From: the human T2T-CHM13v2.0 reference genome, Homo sapiens
Strand: one strand, 5' to 3'
DNA: 64,000 nt
Assembly: GCF_009914755.1 (NCBI RefSeq)
Contig: NC_060933.1
The translations under genes and the position numbers were made by a program. Of the stretch, positions 1 to 18,752 are shown one piece after another. Numbering within the stretch: position 1 is the stretch's first letter; the number at the start of each line of letters is the position of its first letter. The notes beneath the pieces are model-generated. The model ran no database searches and was not told the origin of the DNA. It saw only the letters and a list, made by a program, of their open reading frames with translations.

Positions 1-288
1 GTCAGTTTGGCTGACACATGAGGCAAATGAACTCTAATATAAAGCTGATCAGAGTGTAAGGTGGTACAGCACTTTGAAAAACAGTTGAACAATTTCTTAT
101 AAAGTTAAACATCTACATATCCTATCACCCAGCAATTCTGCTCCTAGTCATGGATTGAATGAAACATACATATACCCAAAGACTTACACATAAATGTTCG
201 TGGTAGCTTTATTCATAATAGCCCCAAACTGAAAAGTGCCCAAATGTCCATCAACATGAGAATCAATTTTTAAATACTGTTATATATT

Positions 289-723
289 TGATAAGAGTCA
301 AGAGACGGCAAAATGCCTAGGCAAAGAGGGAAGGGTCCCCGGAGAACCTTCGACCTGCCCAGGTCATCATGCACAGGAGGCTTGCCTAAATACGCCCACG
401 GTGAAAAATTCCATCACTTAACATATGTGCAGTAAGGGAAATAAATCAACGTGGAGCGGCTCAGACTAAGGGCCCGTATGCACACTGGGGGAAGGGGGTG
501 GAGCCACCAGGAATTCACGCCTTAGGCTAGGGAGTGTGGTGGCCTGGTATTCAACCTGAGGTGGAAGCCAGCTGGCGGGACCCCCCTCTTTGCTGAGAGC
601 TCCCCTTTCGCTTAATAAATTCCACTCTCCTCACCCTTCAATGTGTCCATATGCCTAATTTCTCCTGGTTGTGAGACAAGAACCTGGATTTAGTTGAACT
701 AAGAAGCAAAAACCCCTGCATTA
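289..723 (+). mobile_element. ERV1-class solo LTR in PTBP3 intron 2
   Basis: TG start, AATAAA near 615, LTR-like end GCAAAAACCCCTGCATTA and a 4-bp TSD TATT (285-288 and 724-727). It interrupts an old L1. Subfamily not assigned. Confidence 0.8.
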
Positions 724-896
724 TATTCACATAGTGGAATTCTCACAGAAATTAAAAAAAAAAAAAAGGAACTACTGATATATGCAAGAACAAGGATGAA
801 TCTCAAAACCATTTTGCTGAGTAAAAGAAATCAGACATCAAAGAGCTTTTATGCTCTATGATTCCATTTATATGAGGTTCAAAAACAGGTAAAACT

Positions 897-5314
<4,418 letters not shown>

Positions 5315-5601
5315 TAAGCCTAGGCTACATTTAACTGCTAAAACAAAGCAAACAAAAAGCATCCTGATAATTTAAGTGAAACTTTGGGCTAAATTTTTTG
5401 TTCACATTTTATACACATAATACTATAGTTCCTCCTTATAAATACGTAAAATCCAAAATTACCTCAGGTCTACTTATTTTGGAGCTAAGTAAAAATTAAA
5501 GACTATTACACAATAAAGCAGATAATTTTATGAACAGGTGAGACTGAAAATATGCCAAAAGATATAAAAATGCATATGAAAGGATAGTAAAAGATTCCTA
5601 C

Positions 5602-5635
5602 CTTTAAACCGACTGTTATAAGATCTGTAACAACA
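5602..5635 (-). CDS. PTBP3: PTBP3 exon 2 (34-nt cassette exon)
   Basis: Minus strand: ttttccatacag|TGTTGTTACAGATCTTATAACAGTCGGTTTAAAG|gtagga. 8+34=42 nt, 14 codons. A 34-nt PTB-repressed exon 2 is an established feature of ROD1/PTBP3. Confidence 0.95.
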
Positions 5636-6242
5636 CTGTATGGAAAAAGTAAAAAGAGAAAATGGAAAACAAAGTTAGAGAACAAGTTTTTAAAAGACAG
5701 AGATAGTAAGAATAAAGGGGAAAAAGCATTATAATAACAAATAATAAAAATAAGAATGTGATGAGTTGTGAAATATTAATACAAAGAAAAATGATGAGAC
5801 AGTCTAGCAACAGCAGAGTGCAAAAGCAAATCCTTACTACCAATGCAAGAAACAAATCCTGTTATCTTTTAGTATTTAGGAAAGTATAGTCAAACTTCAA
5901 TAAAAATGAGTGTTTATCCATTTACCTCTATTTAACAAAGCCAAACCAAAACTTAAAATCACCAAAGTTTGTTCTTTTAAGTCACTGGCATGAATAATCG
6001 TGTCTGAGGTTTTAAATGAAACAAAACCAGTGCTTGGATTTTACAGAAATAGAAGGCATCTTGCAAATCTGCATTTACCACCCAAAATTGCTCACCAAAA
6101 TATAGTTAAGACAGTCTCTCAGAACTAAAATAAATACAAACATCACATTTCAGACATCAAAATTTTCAAAGATTTGCTTTTTAAAAATATTCTATCACGT
6201 CAAAACTGTGTTTAAGTATAAATTATCTCTTAGGAGGAAACG

Positions 6243-6243
<1 letters not shown>

Positions 6244-6289
<46 letters not shown>
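6244..6289. repeat. (CA)n microsatellite, about 22 units, in PTBP3 intron 1
   Basis: Direct read. Confidence 0.97.
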
Positions 6290-6292
<3 letters not shown>

Positions 6293-7944
6293 AGACAGTT
6301 GGGATTTGAGGAGGAACTAGAAAGATATGTTGACTGGTGGCTTGTGGTTTGTTTTTTAACTACCCAAATAAGGAAAAAGGATCTTTTTCAGGCTGTTGGA
6401 AAATGTAGAAATTTAATTAGTCTCCTGAAGGCAAAAATGCACTGTATTCTTAAACCACATCCCTTAAGACCAGGGTGTGAAAATCCCCTTTAAAGTCCTG
6501 CCATACAAAAATTCTTCTCTTCTAAGCCCCAAGAAACTGTCTTCGATTAATGTTTTTCTTCATATCTCCTAGAAGAAAGCTACGAATACATTCTACATAT
6601 TGTTAATAACCTATGTCATCATTACCTCATAAAAGTCAACGAATAAATGACTCTAGATGATGTAAACTGTTTTTAAAATACCACGTAGATTTTTTATTTT
6701 TCCTTGTAAACTTCTGAAACTTGAAATTCATTTGTCTAAAATTTAAATGTGATAAGTAACTGGACGCTTGCTGCATAAAAAATAAAATGGTGTAACACTA
6801 TGGTTATTGGTTCTGATACAAAGGGCAAATCATGCTCCGACTTGAACTTCCAAATGAACTTACCTTCCAGTCAGTATCTGTATAACTGCCTTGCATATTC
6901 AAACCAATAAACCCATTACTACCTTTAAAACCACAAATAGCGTGAAGGGAGAGTTAACTTCTTAAACACTATCAAAAAGTAAGTTTGCACTTCACAGTTA
7001 TCCTACAGTTTAACAGCAAAGACGCAAAATTCAAGAGTCCTCTTTATTATAACTATACATTTTACGACACAAAAAAATAGCCTGCTTCCATTATTTAAGT
7101 CAAACCTTCCAGACAATTAACTACACATAATGAAATGCTAAATTCACAGCCTGCCTGAACCAAAATATTAGTGACACAAATCTTTACGACCACAAAATTT
7201 TTCAACATATAAAATGCAACTGAATAATGTGAAATAAGTTTTCAACAATGTTCTCGAAGAAACTTCAATCAAACAATAAAAACAGCTTCAATTCCCCCCC
7301 AAAATATATACACCTACTGTGTACCCAAAAAAGTTATAATTTTAAGAAATTTTTTGAAGCTTCAATCAAATAAAAATAAAGAACATCACAATCATGAATA
7401 AAATCTAAAACTCCACTTTGATGTCTGTAGCAGTGTGCAATCTGCATTCAAATGAATCAATCCGAAATGTCATATACACTTAATATTGTGAAACTAAAAT
7501 AAATGAAATCTAATGAGGTCAAAAGCTGTTGGAAGATTTCATCTTCTTCAAATAGCATATCATCAACTGTATGGCAACATGTGAACGACTTTTACTGTTC
7601 TAGCAAGTTGCATATATTCCACAACCTCACAGAAATCTTGTCATCAAAAGTAGGTAACAAGCTAAAAAAAACCTCAAATACATAATGGGAATAAACCGAG
7701 TTGGAGATTTTTTTTTAATCCGTAGGTACAGATACTACAACCTTCAATTAATTCACCAAAATCCTAACATAGTTGTTACTTTAATTACCAAAATATGTCA
7801 AGTCCCACCCCATATCCCTGAGTCCCCAGAGAACAGTTTATATACATAGACTCTAAATCTTTTTATTTTGGTCACGGACCCCCATTAAATTTTTGAGCAT
7901 TTGAAATGCCCCCGAAAATCGCTCGTACATCATATTTTACATAC

Positions 7945-7968
7945 ACGGGCAGATAATTCATTAAGTTT
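7945..7968 (-). CDS. PTBP3: Candidate alternative 24-nt PTBP3 exon with in-frame ATG (MNYLPV...)
   Basis: Minus strand: CCCTCACCTTTCTCTCTCCCCAAG|AAACTTAATGAATTATCTGCCCGT|GTATGT. Branch-like CTCAC, pyrimidine tract, AG and GT are all present, and the frame continues into exon 2. Confidence 0.6.
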
Positions 7969-8019
7969 CTTGGGGAGAGAGAAAGGTGAGGGGGAAGCGT
8001 CCATGGTCACTAAGTCCAG

Positions 8020-9400
8020 ACCCCTGGTGTCGAGAAAGCGTTAACGTATCTCACAGCACAAGTCGGGAGACCTCGGCCAAGTCCCGCGGCGGCCCTGGGA
8101 CCCCGCGTGGGACCATGGCTTGCGACCAGGTCGCCGCCCAGACGTGTACCGACGCGTGCACCCGCCGTCGGCCGCTCGCCCCACCTCGCCGGTAAACAGC
8201 AACTCCCCCGGCAGGAGGACGCCCGCCCCGCGCGCCGCCTCCGCCTCCCCCAGCGCCGCGCACCATTTTCTGAGAGGAAGTGTCGGGAGGCCGAGCTGGG
8301 CTCCCCGGACTCGGGGCGCGGAGGGCGGACCTCGGCACCGCGGCCGGACCGGGCTTTCCTCTGCTCCCGGGTGTGTCGAGTAAGGCTAGGAAGCAGCGGA
8401 CGTGTCCGGGGCGCCGCGTGGGGAAAGGAGAGCCTGCGGCGGACGGCAACTCCGCGATTCCGGGATCCCCACCGAGACGCCCGGAAGCCCCGCCGTCGGG
8501 CTTGGCCGGGGCCGCTCCTCCGGCCGCCGGCGCCGCGCACTGCTCCCCAGCCCTTACGCGTCCCGCGGAGAGCCGGGTGGAAGCGGCGCCAAGGCAACCC
8601 GGTGCGGCCGCCGCGCCGCCTAGCACTTACCCATCCATGGCCCAGATGGAGGCGCGCACAGAGCAGGGACTGACGGGCTAACCGCGAGCAGAGGAAGCAG
8701 GCGGCGGCAGCAGGGCGGTTCCGGGGACAAGCGAGCTTTGGCTCTGCGGAGCCCCGGCCGGTCCGAGGTGGAAGGAGAGTGGGAACAGGGGCGGGGACCG
8801 GGCACGCTCCCGCCACCGCCGCGCCCCCGCCTTCCCCACCCCGCGAGCGCGTCCCCGCCTAGCCCGACCCCGCCCCCTCACCGTCCCCGCCCTCCCTCGG
8901 GGCCCGCCCCTGCGCTCGCGCCCACCCTCGCCCCGCTGGCAGCCGGCCTCCGGCTCAGCTCTGGGGCGCCCTCTTCCCGCGGTCGCTGTAAGACCCCGCC
9001 TCTCGGCCCCTCGGCCCGGCGCGCGCGCGCGCCCCCAGCCTCCCTCCTGCGTTCGCGGGAGCGCGCGCCTTGTGCTTCCCGCTCCGCCGCGCACCCCGCC
9101 CGCCCTCCCGCGGCCCCGCGGGCCTTCCGGCTTCGCAGACCGGGCCTGCCAGGTTTGAATGCCTCCCTCTGCCGGCAGGAAAAGCTTTGGGGACCTGACT
9201 CCCAAGAGTAGGAAGGAATGTCCCACGAGGACCCCAGAAACGAGGTGGAATTGCCCCGGGTGCGCGAGGCTGTAGATGACACGTCCAGGGACCAGCCTCT
9301 GGCAGCCCGGCGCTGGAGTCGACCGCTGGGACCGACACCAGCCCCATAGGTGTGGCTGGGACGATGAATGAGGTGAAAGAGGCTGCCCGGACTGGAATTT
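8020..9400 (-). promoter_or_regulatory. PTBP3: PTBP3 CpG island, promoter and 5' UTR
   Basis: Very GC- and CpG-rich, with many GC boxes (CCCCGCC) at 8820-8935 just upstream of exon 1. TSS is probably around 8700-8800 (inferred). Confidence 0.9.
8631..8638 (-). CDS. PTBP3: PTBP3 (ROD1) exon 1 coding part, ATG GAT GG
   Basis: Minus strand reads GGGCC-ATG-GAT-GG|GTAAGT: good Kozak context, consensus donor, inside a CpG island. It splices in frame to 5602-5635 to give MDGVVTDLITVGLK, the PTBP3 N-terminus as I recall it. Confidence 0.95.
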
Positions 9401-10458
9401 GTATACAATTTAAGTATCTGAGTGCATTTCGACCTAACCGTCTAGTATTGAATTTATATGAAAAATTCATTGTACAAACATGGAATGGCTATATTCCCAG
9501 CATTTTTTAAAAGTTTACTCATTATTCCCTTTTTTCAGATGAAAATACATATACAAAGAGAGTGATTTGCTCACAGTTTCACAACCAGGAAACGTTTGCA
9601 CCAGAGCCCTTTCCTCTGGTCTGAGCAAAAAGTATATATATAATATAACGAGTGACAACACGCTTGCTTTTTTCCCTTTTTAGTGTGAAATTGAGTACTT
9701 TTTCAACTCACAGATCACCAAAATGTAACCCCCTAAACTGTTAAGCCAAATTCTTAACCTACTGAGTAAAAAAGAGCGGGGCTCCTCCCCGTGGCTTCGT
9801 CATTTGAAAAGCAACTAACAAGAACCTCAAACATCTATCCTTGCTAATTTCCTGCTTTCAGATCAGTAGGTGCTGCTAAAAAGATCTAAACTGTGGACTC
9901 ATTCATCATTCAGTCAGTATTAACCTACTATGTGCCGGGCACTGCATGAATACACAAGAAAATCAGGTTCCAGCCGTCACTGTTGAATGGATTCTTCAGT
10001 CCGTTTATGTATATTTTTGACATACAACTTTTCAAATAGGTAGAGTAATTCGGTGAGGTAATTCTTAAAGTCCTGTATCTAACCTCAGTCCCCTTCCAAA
10101 ATGTCAAATACATTTTGTTTTGTATATTAAATCTAAATATTAAGTTGCATTTGTAAACATTGCCAGATGGAAATGTAGAATATCAACAAGATAAGTAGCT
10201 GATGCAGTCTTTCTATCACTGTATTTGGGATATATTCTGTTGATGAAATTTCCTTAACCCTTTTTTTAGCTACACAAGTAATATCAGCATAAATGCTCAT
10301 TTTGGAAAATTCAAGCACTATAAAATATTGAAAAGTTATCATTAATATTTTTCTTCCCAAACCACCCCCTGCCCATGACTACCACTGTAACAATTCTGCG
10401 TGCATCCTTCTGGACCTTACTTTTTTTTGTTGTTTGTTTTTTTGTTTTTTTGTTTTGA

Positions 10459-10566
<108 letters not shown>

Positions 10567-11017
10567 TAGCTGCGATTACAGGCGCCCGCCACCACGCCTG
10601 GCTAGTTTTTGTGTTTTTAGTAGAGACAGGGTTTCACCATGTTGGTCAGGCTGGTCTCGAACTCCTGACCTTGTGATCCACCCACCTCAGCCTCCCAAAG
10701 TGCTGGGATTACAGGTGTGAGCCACCGCACCCAGCGACCTTTACCATTTTTCTTTTTTTTTTTTTTTTTCACCTAAAAATCCTGGATTATAGCTGGGCAT
10801 GGTGGCTCACACCTGTAATCCCAGCACTTTGGGAGGCCGAGGCGGGCAGATCACTTAAGGTCAGGAGTTCGAAGCCAGCCTGGCCAACATGGTGAAACCC
10901 CCCATCTCTACTAAAAATAGGAAAATTAGTCTGGCTTGGTGGTGCACGCCTGTAATCCCAGCTACTCAGGAGGTTGAGACAGGAGAATCTCAACCCGGTA
11001 AGCAGAGGTTGCAGTGA

Positions 11018-11339
<322 letters not shown>

Positions 11340-12125
11340 TAATTTAACCTTTTCCAAAACAGTGGAAATTACGTTGTTTCCAAGTATTCAAAATAACTAA
11401 CACTATTGCAGAAAATATCATGAATGTATGAGTATCTTTGCACACATATTATTACATCTGAGGAATAGATCCCTAGAAGTAGAATTGAGAAACAAAGGAC
11501 ATAAGCCTTAATATCCTTTATATAATTCAACAATCCTTTATATAAAGCCTTTATAGCCTTTATAATTCAAATTTGGTAAATTTTTTGAAAATGATTCCAA
11601 AAAGGCTGTACCAATTTACAGTTTCTTTATTTAAAAAAAAAAAAATTTGGCTGGGCATGGTGGCTCACACCTGTAATCACAGCACTTTGGGAGGTCAAAG
11701 CGGCAGCATTGCTTGAGCTCAGCAGTGTGAGACCAGCCTGGGCAACATGGTGAAACCCTGTCTCTATATTTTTATAAAAATAAAAATAAATTATTAAAGT
11801 TATGTCTCTCTTACCCTTTGCTTTAAGCTAACAAATTTTAATATTAAAAAATAGCAGAGCGTGACCCCTATCTTTGCTATTCCAAATTTCAATATTAAAA
11901 AATAATACAGGAAGACCCCATCTCAATAAATAAAGGTAAATATAAAGCGTGTCCGAAATTTATTGTTCATACTAACAATAATTCCGAGAAGTCTGCAATG
12001 TAAAAACAGTGCACCTGACTGAAATTAACAAAACTGTTTGGCATTTCCTAAATACTCAATGTCCAGCTTTACAACAGAAGCCTAGATATAAGAAAACAGA
12101 AAACAGTTTACAACAAAAAAGGTGA

Positions 12126-12338
<213 letters not shown>

Positions 12339-14439
12339 TAGCCAATTTTTGTATTTTTCATAGAGATGGGGTTTCACTGTGTTGGCCAGGCTGGTCTCAA
12401 ACTCCTGGCCTCAAGTGATCTGCTTGCCTCCACCTCCCAAAGTGCTGGGATTACAGGCGTGAGCCACCGTGCCTGGCCAATTCAAAGAATTTATAGATTA
12501 AGCTCCATGGGTTTGTGAGTCACTTTGATTCAAAAATAGTAGGTAGCATAGAGTTTAGCTCCTCAAGAACCACTTTGAGAAACCTAACTGTTCCCATAGC
12601 CTACATGATGTGGAAGAGCCACAGCTTTCTATCATCTCCACAGAAGTTTCTGGAATCAGATATCTCAGATATCACCTACATGACCTGGTTTGACCTGAAA
12701 CTGATGGGTTCTATATACTGGCTTCTTGATAGTGAAGAGAGTTACATTTTCTCTATTTGCTAATTGCTCTGTGCTTTGAAAAGGAAGACAGATACAAATA
12801 ATTTAGTTTATAATTTTTCTAACATTTTCTCTTGTGTTTTTGTTCTGATTTGACTAAGAAATTCCCCTGACACACCTTTTTCTGATGAGAGACACCACCC
12901 CCATCACGATTATCTTTGGACAACATGTAACCTTTGAACACTTGCCTTAAGGCATTCCAGTAGGCAGTGGTTAGTTAACATTTAACCAACATAACCCTAT
13001 TTCTGTTTACAGGTAAGACTTCTTAATATATAAAATAATACAAAGATGCCAAATAAGTCAGAAATAATACCAGCTATTAGGTGAATCTAGGAAGCTGGAC
13101 ATTTTAATATCATTCTATCCCATGACAAATACAAAATCATCATAATTAACATTGCATTTCCCAAAACAGAAACATCTGAAATTATACTAAATGAAAAAAG
13201 CCAATCTCAAAAGGTTACATGCTGTATGATTCCATTTCTATAACATCCTCAAAATGACAAAATTATAGAGATGGAGAACAGATTAGTGGTTACCAAGGAT
13301 TAGGAAGAGGGTGGGAGCAGATGGAAGAGGATACAGACAACTGTGACTACAAGGGAGTAAGAACGGGGATATTTGTGGTAATAAAACAGTTCTGTGTCTT
13401 GATTATGGGGTGGTTATACAAATCTACACATGATAAAATTGCATAGAACTTTAGATAAACACATGCATGAAAAAGTGACAAAATCTGAAGAGAAGTTATG
13501 GATTGCACTGTGTCTGTGTGCTGCTTTTAATAGTGTAATACAGTTACTAAGATGTTACTATTGGGGGAAACTGGTTGAAGGGTACACAGGACCTCTTTGT
13601 ACTTATTTTTTAAATTTCCTGTGAATCTACAATTATTTCAAAATAAAGAAACCTTGGCTGAGTGTTCCCTTAATATTTGTTGTTATTTGTTCAATAATTA
13701 AACAATAACAAACATCAAAGGCTTAAGCAAAATGGCATGTGAGTATAATTTATAGTTTTCAGGCTGTATCACCTTGGTAGTCAAATAAGGTTGTAACAGC
13801 TGACACACACTGACTCTGACCGACTCTGCCCAGTCTGTTGAATTATGAGCCTTTCTTCAAAGTCCTTCCCAACTATTTGAAGAGGCGGCATGTAAGTGTC
13901 TCCTACATGCTCACTGACTTCTCAGCAGCTATGAATCACGTCCATTTTTGTCATCCCATGCCTGGCCCTGATGTAATCATCTCCACATGAAGTTCTTAAT
14001 ATGGCCAGTGCCTGGCACAGAGGACTCATGTCTATGCTGAAGGTGCTGTCCCTTGTCACTGTCCTATAGTATAATTTGCCAGCCCATGCCAAAGTTGCAT
14101 TGGGCTTTCTGGAGCACTTTTCTGAAAAGGGGAGTATTCCTCTCCCTGTTTTTTGTCATACTATATCACCTAGGTTCCAGTGTCTCCCAGAATTTTTAAT
14201 GAAACAGCCTTTTTTATTTAAATTCACAGAAAATCATCCTTTAAGATTTAGGCAAGGGCGAAATGCCGTCTCTACTAAAAATATAAAAAATTAGCCAGGC
14301 GTGGTGGCTCATGCCTGTAGGCCCAGCTACTCAGGAGGCTGAGGTGGGAGGATCACCTGAGCCCAGGAAGTTGAGGCTGCAGTGAGCTGAGATCGTGACA
14401 CTGCACTCCAGTCTGCCTGACACAGCAAGACTCTGTCTC

Positions 14440-14471
<32 letters not shown>

Positions 14472-14527
14472 GGCATGAATCCTAAGGGGCTAAGAAAATC
14501 TGAATGATAATCACTACAGTGATCTAA

Positions 14528-15038
<511 letters not shown>

Positions 15039-16307
15039 TGATATAAATTTCTATCAGGATTATAACCATGACACTAAATGTTATAAAAATTCATATTTAT
15101 TTAAACATGTTTATTTTTTATTTATTTATTTTCTTGAGACAGGGTATCGCTCTGTCACCCAGGCTGGAGTGTAGTGGTGCAATCGTGGCTCACTGCAGCC
15201 TCAACCTTCCAGGCTCAGGTGATCCTCCCACCTAAGCCTCCTGAGTAGCGGAAACTGTAGGCATGTTCCACCACCACACCTGGCTAATTTTTGCTGGTGT
15301 GTTCTTAGCAACCAGAACAATGCCTACTACATAATAGGCAGCCAATATTTTATTAATTGAACATGTGAAACAGCTTGTGCCTTGCAAAGACAATCTTCCT
15401 TTTGTTTCTGAAACTGTTTATTGTATTAATACTAAATTTGTATTTCTGGTAAACTTGCCCTATATTCTTCCTCAGCATTACCAATTCGTTATTTATTAGA
15501 TCTTCATTCTATTACATATTTTTCTTTAATGTCTTGTGTTTGTTTTTTCTTAATATTTTATATGATTTTCTCAAGTCTATTCTCTCCAATCATAGTTCAG
15601 ATTTCTGCAGTATTAGTTTGATTCCCTGCTATTTTAACGTGTTTTTAAATAACATAATAATTTTGTTTTCTCCTCTTCTCTTTCATTTGTTCTGCCAGCT
15701 TTTTTAAAATGTCATGTTATTGTCTTATCTATGTTTTAAAATCTCTTGTTTAGGGCCGGGCGCAGTGGCTCACGCCTGTAATCCCAGCACTTTGGGAGGC
15801 TGAGGCGGGTGGATCACCTGAGGTCAGGAGTTTGAGACCAGCCTCAACATGGAGAAACCCCGTCTCTACTAAAAGCACAAAATTAGCCGGGCGTAGTGGT
15901 GCACGCCTGTAATCTCAGCTACTCAGGAGGCTGAGGCAGAATTGTTTGAACCCGGGAGGCGGAGGTTGCGGTGAGCCGAGATCGCGCCATTGCACTCCCG
16001 CTTGGGCAACAAGAGCGAAACTCTGTCTCCAAAAAAAAAAATAAATAAATAAAATAAAATAAAATCTCTTGTTTCATGGACTCCATATTTAATTATCCAA
16101 AGAGGATAAAGAAGTATTTTGTCTAATGTTTTCTTCTTATCCATTTTTGTTCCTCTTTAAAAGTGTAATTTTCATGTTTTTACATATTATATTCTTCTAC
16201 TTCATTTGGGTGTTTTTGTTTTGGTTTGGATTTCTTGTGGGGTTTTTTGTTTTTGTTTTTGTTTTTGGCAAGATCTCTGCTAGAATTTGTTTTGTTTTGT
16301 TTGTTGA

Positions 16308-16742
<435 letters not shown>

Positions 16743-17039
16743 TGAGGGCTCACAAATCTCATCTCAGCTTTTCTGTGCGTTATTGATTTTTTTTGTTTTT
16801 GTTTTTAAGTCACTTGTAGGTCTAGATATCAATGGTTTATATTCTTGTTTCATCTTTCAATTACTTGGTGGGGATGGTGAAGTGGGAAGTGACTGTGAAG
16901 TGACTCCAATAAGTAGATAGCCATCAAGTAAGGTGTGCTTTCTCTCAGAAACTTCACAAAATTCTTTACATAGTTCTGCTAAATATCCACATTTGGTTTG
17001 GTTTGTTTTCCCTGAATTCCTTTAGAATGACTAGGTCCC

Positions 17040-17538
17040 TGTGATGGCTAATTTTAGGTGTCAACTTGCCTGCTTTAAGAGACAACAAGATAGCTGGTAA
17101 GGCATTATTTCTGGGTGTGCTGTGAGGGTGTTTCTGGAAGAGATTGGCATTTGCATCAGTGGACTGAATGAGGAAGATCTGCCCTCACCCAATGTGGGCA
17201 GGCATCATCCAATTGGCTGAGGGCCTGGATAGAAAAAAAAGGCAGAGGAAAGGCAAGTTTTCTCTCTTCTGGAGCTGGGACACTGTTCTTTTCCTGCCCT
17301 TAGACATAAGAACTCCAAGTTCTCCAGCCTTTGGACTCCAGGACTTGCACCAGCAGCCTTCTAGTTTCTCAGGCCTTTGGATTTGGACTTAGACAGAGCC
17401 GCATTACTGGCTTCTTGGGTTCTCCAGCTTGCCGATGGCCTATCATGGAACTTGGCCTCCATAAGTCTCCTCTCATATGTCTCTGCGTGTGTGTGTATCC
17501 CATTGGTTCTGTCTCTCTAGAGAACACTGACTAATACA
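17040..17538 (+). mobile_element. MLT2 (ERV-L) solo LTR
   Basis: TGTGATGGCTAATTTTAGGTGTCAACTTG ... CTAGAGAACACTGACTAATACA. Confidence 0.85.
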
Positions 17539-17569
17539 GTCGTCTTCACAGAAGCCTGAATATACTCTA

Positions 17570-17755
<186 letters not shown>

Positions 17756-17888
17756 TCAGCTACTCAGGAGGCAGAGGCAGAAGAATCACTTGAACCCAGG
17801 AGGCAGAGGTTGCAGTGAGCCGAGATTGCACCATTGCACTCCTGCCTGGGCGACAGAGCGAGACTCCGTCTCAAGAAAGAAAAACAAA

Positions 17889-17930
17889 GAAGAAGAAGAA
17901 GAAGAAGAAGAAGAAGAAGAAGAAGAAGAA
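17889..17930 (+). repeat. (GAA)14 in an Alu tail
   Basis: Direct count: 14 uninterrupted units. Confidence 0.97.
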
Positions 17931-18413
17931 AGAGAGATTAAAAATAAACGTGTAGGCATGGGCTGATATATATACTTTTGTTTACAAGTTCTACCTATTG
18001 AGAGGATCAAGGACCAAACAATGACATCACAGTAACTTTTTTTGTGGGGGCGGGGGTGGGCAGTCTCACTATGTTGCCCAGACTGAACTCAAACTCCCAT
18101 GCTCAAGTAATTCTCCCACCTCAGTCTCCTGAGTAGCTGGGACTACAGGTGTGCACCACCATGCCCAGCATTGCCCATATCTTAGTTTCTAGACACCATT
18201 GGCTGATAAAAAAGGAACCAAGACTCCTCAGAGAAGTTGTTGGTTCCAGGGCTGGATCGGGGAAAATGCAGGATGAGCCTAGAGTATCTTGAGGCTCATT
18301 TTGAGGACAGAAAGTAAAAAAGTTACTTGCACGCAAAATGTTAACATTAGGGGAATCTGGACAGTGGTTATTCAGATACACTCTGAACAATTTTTTTTTT
18401 TTTTTGAGACTGA

Positions 18414-18752
<339 letters not shown>

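Noticed and set aside
7986-9470. Many overlapping 130-268 aa ORFs on both strands
   Set aside because: Stop-poor GC-rich CpG island giving low-complexity R/G/P/A translations. The real coding part is 8 nt.
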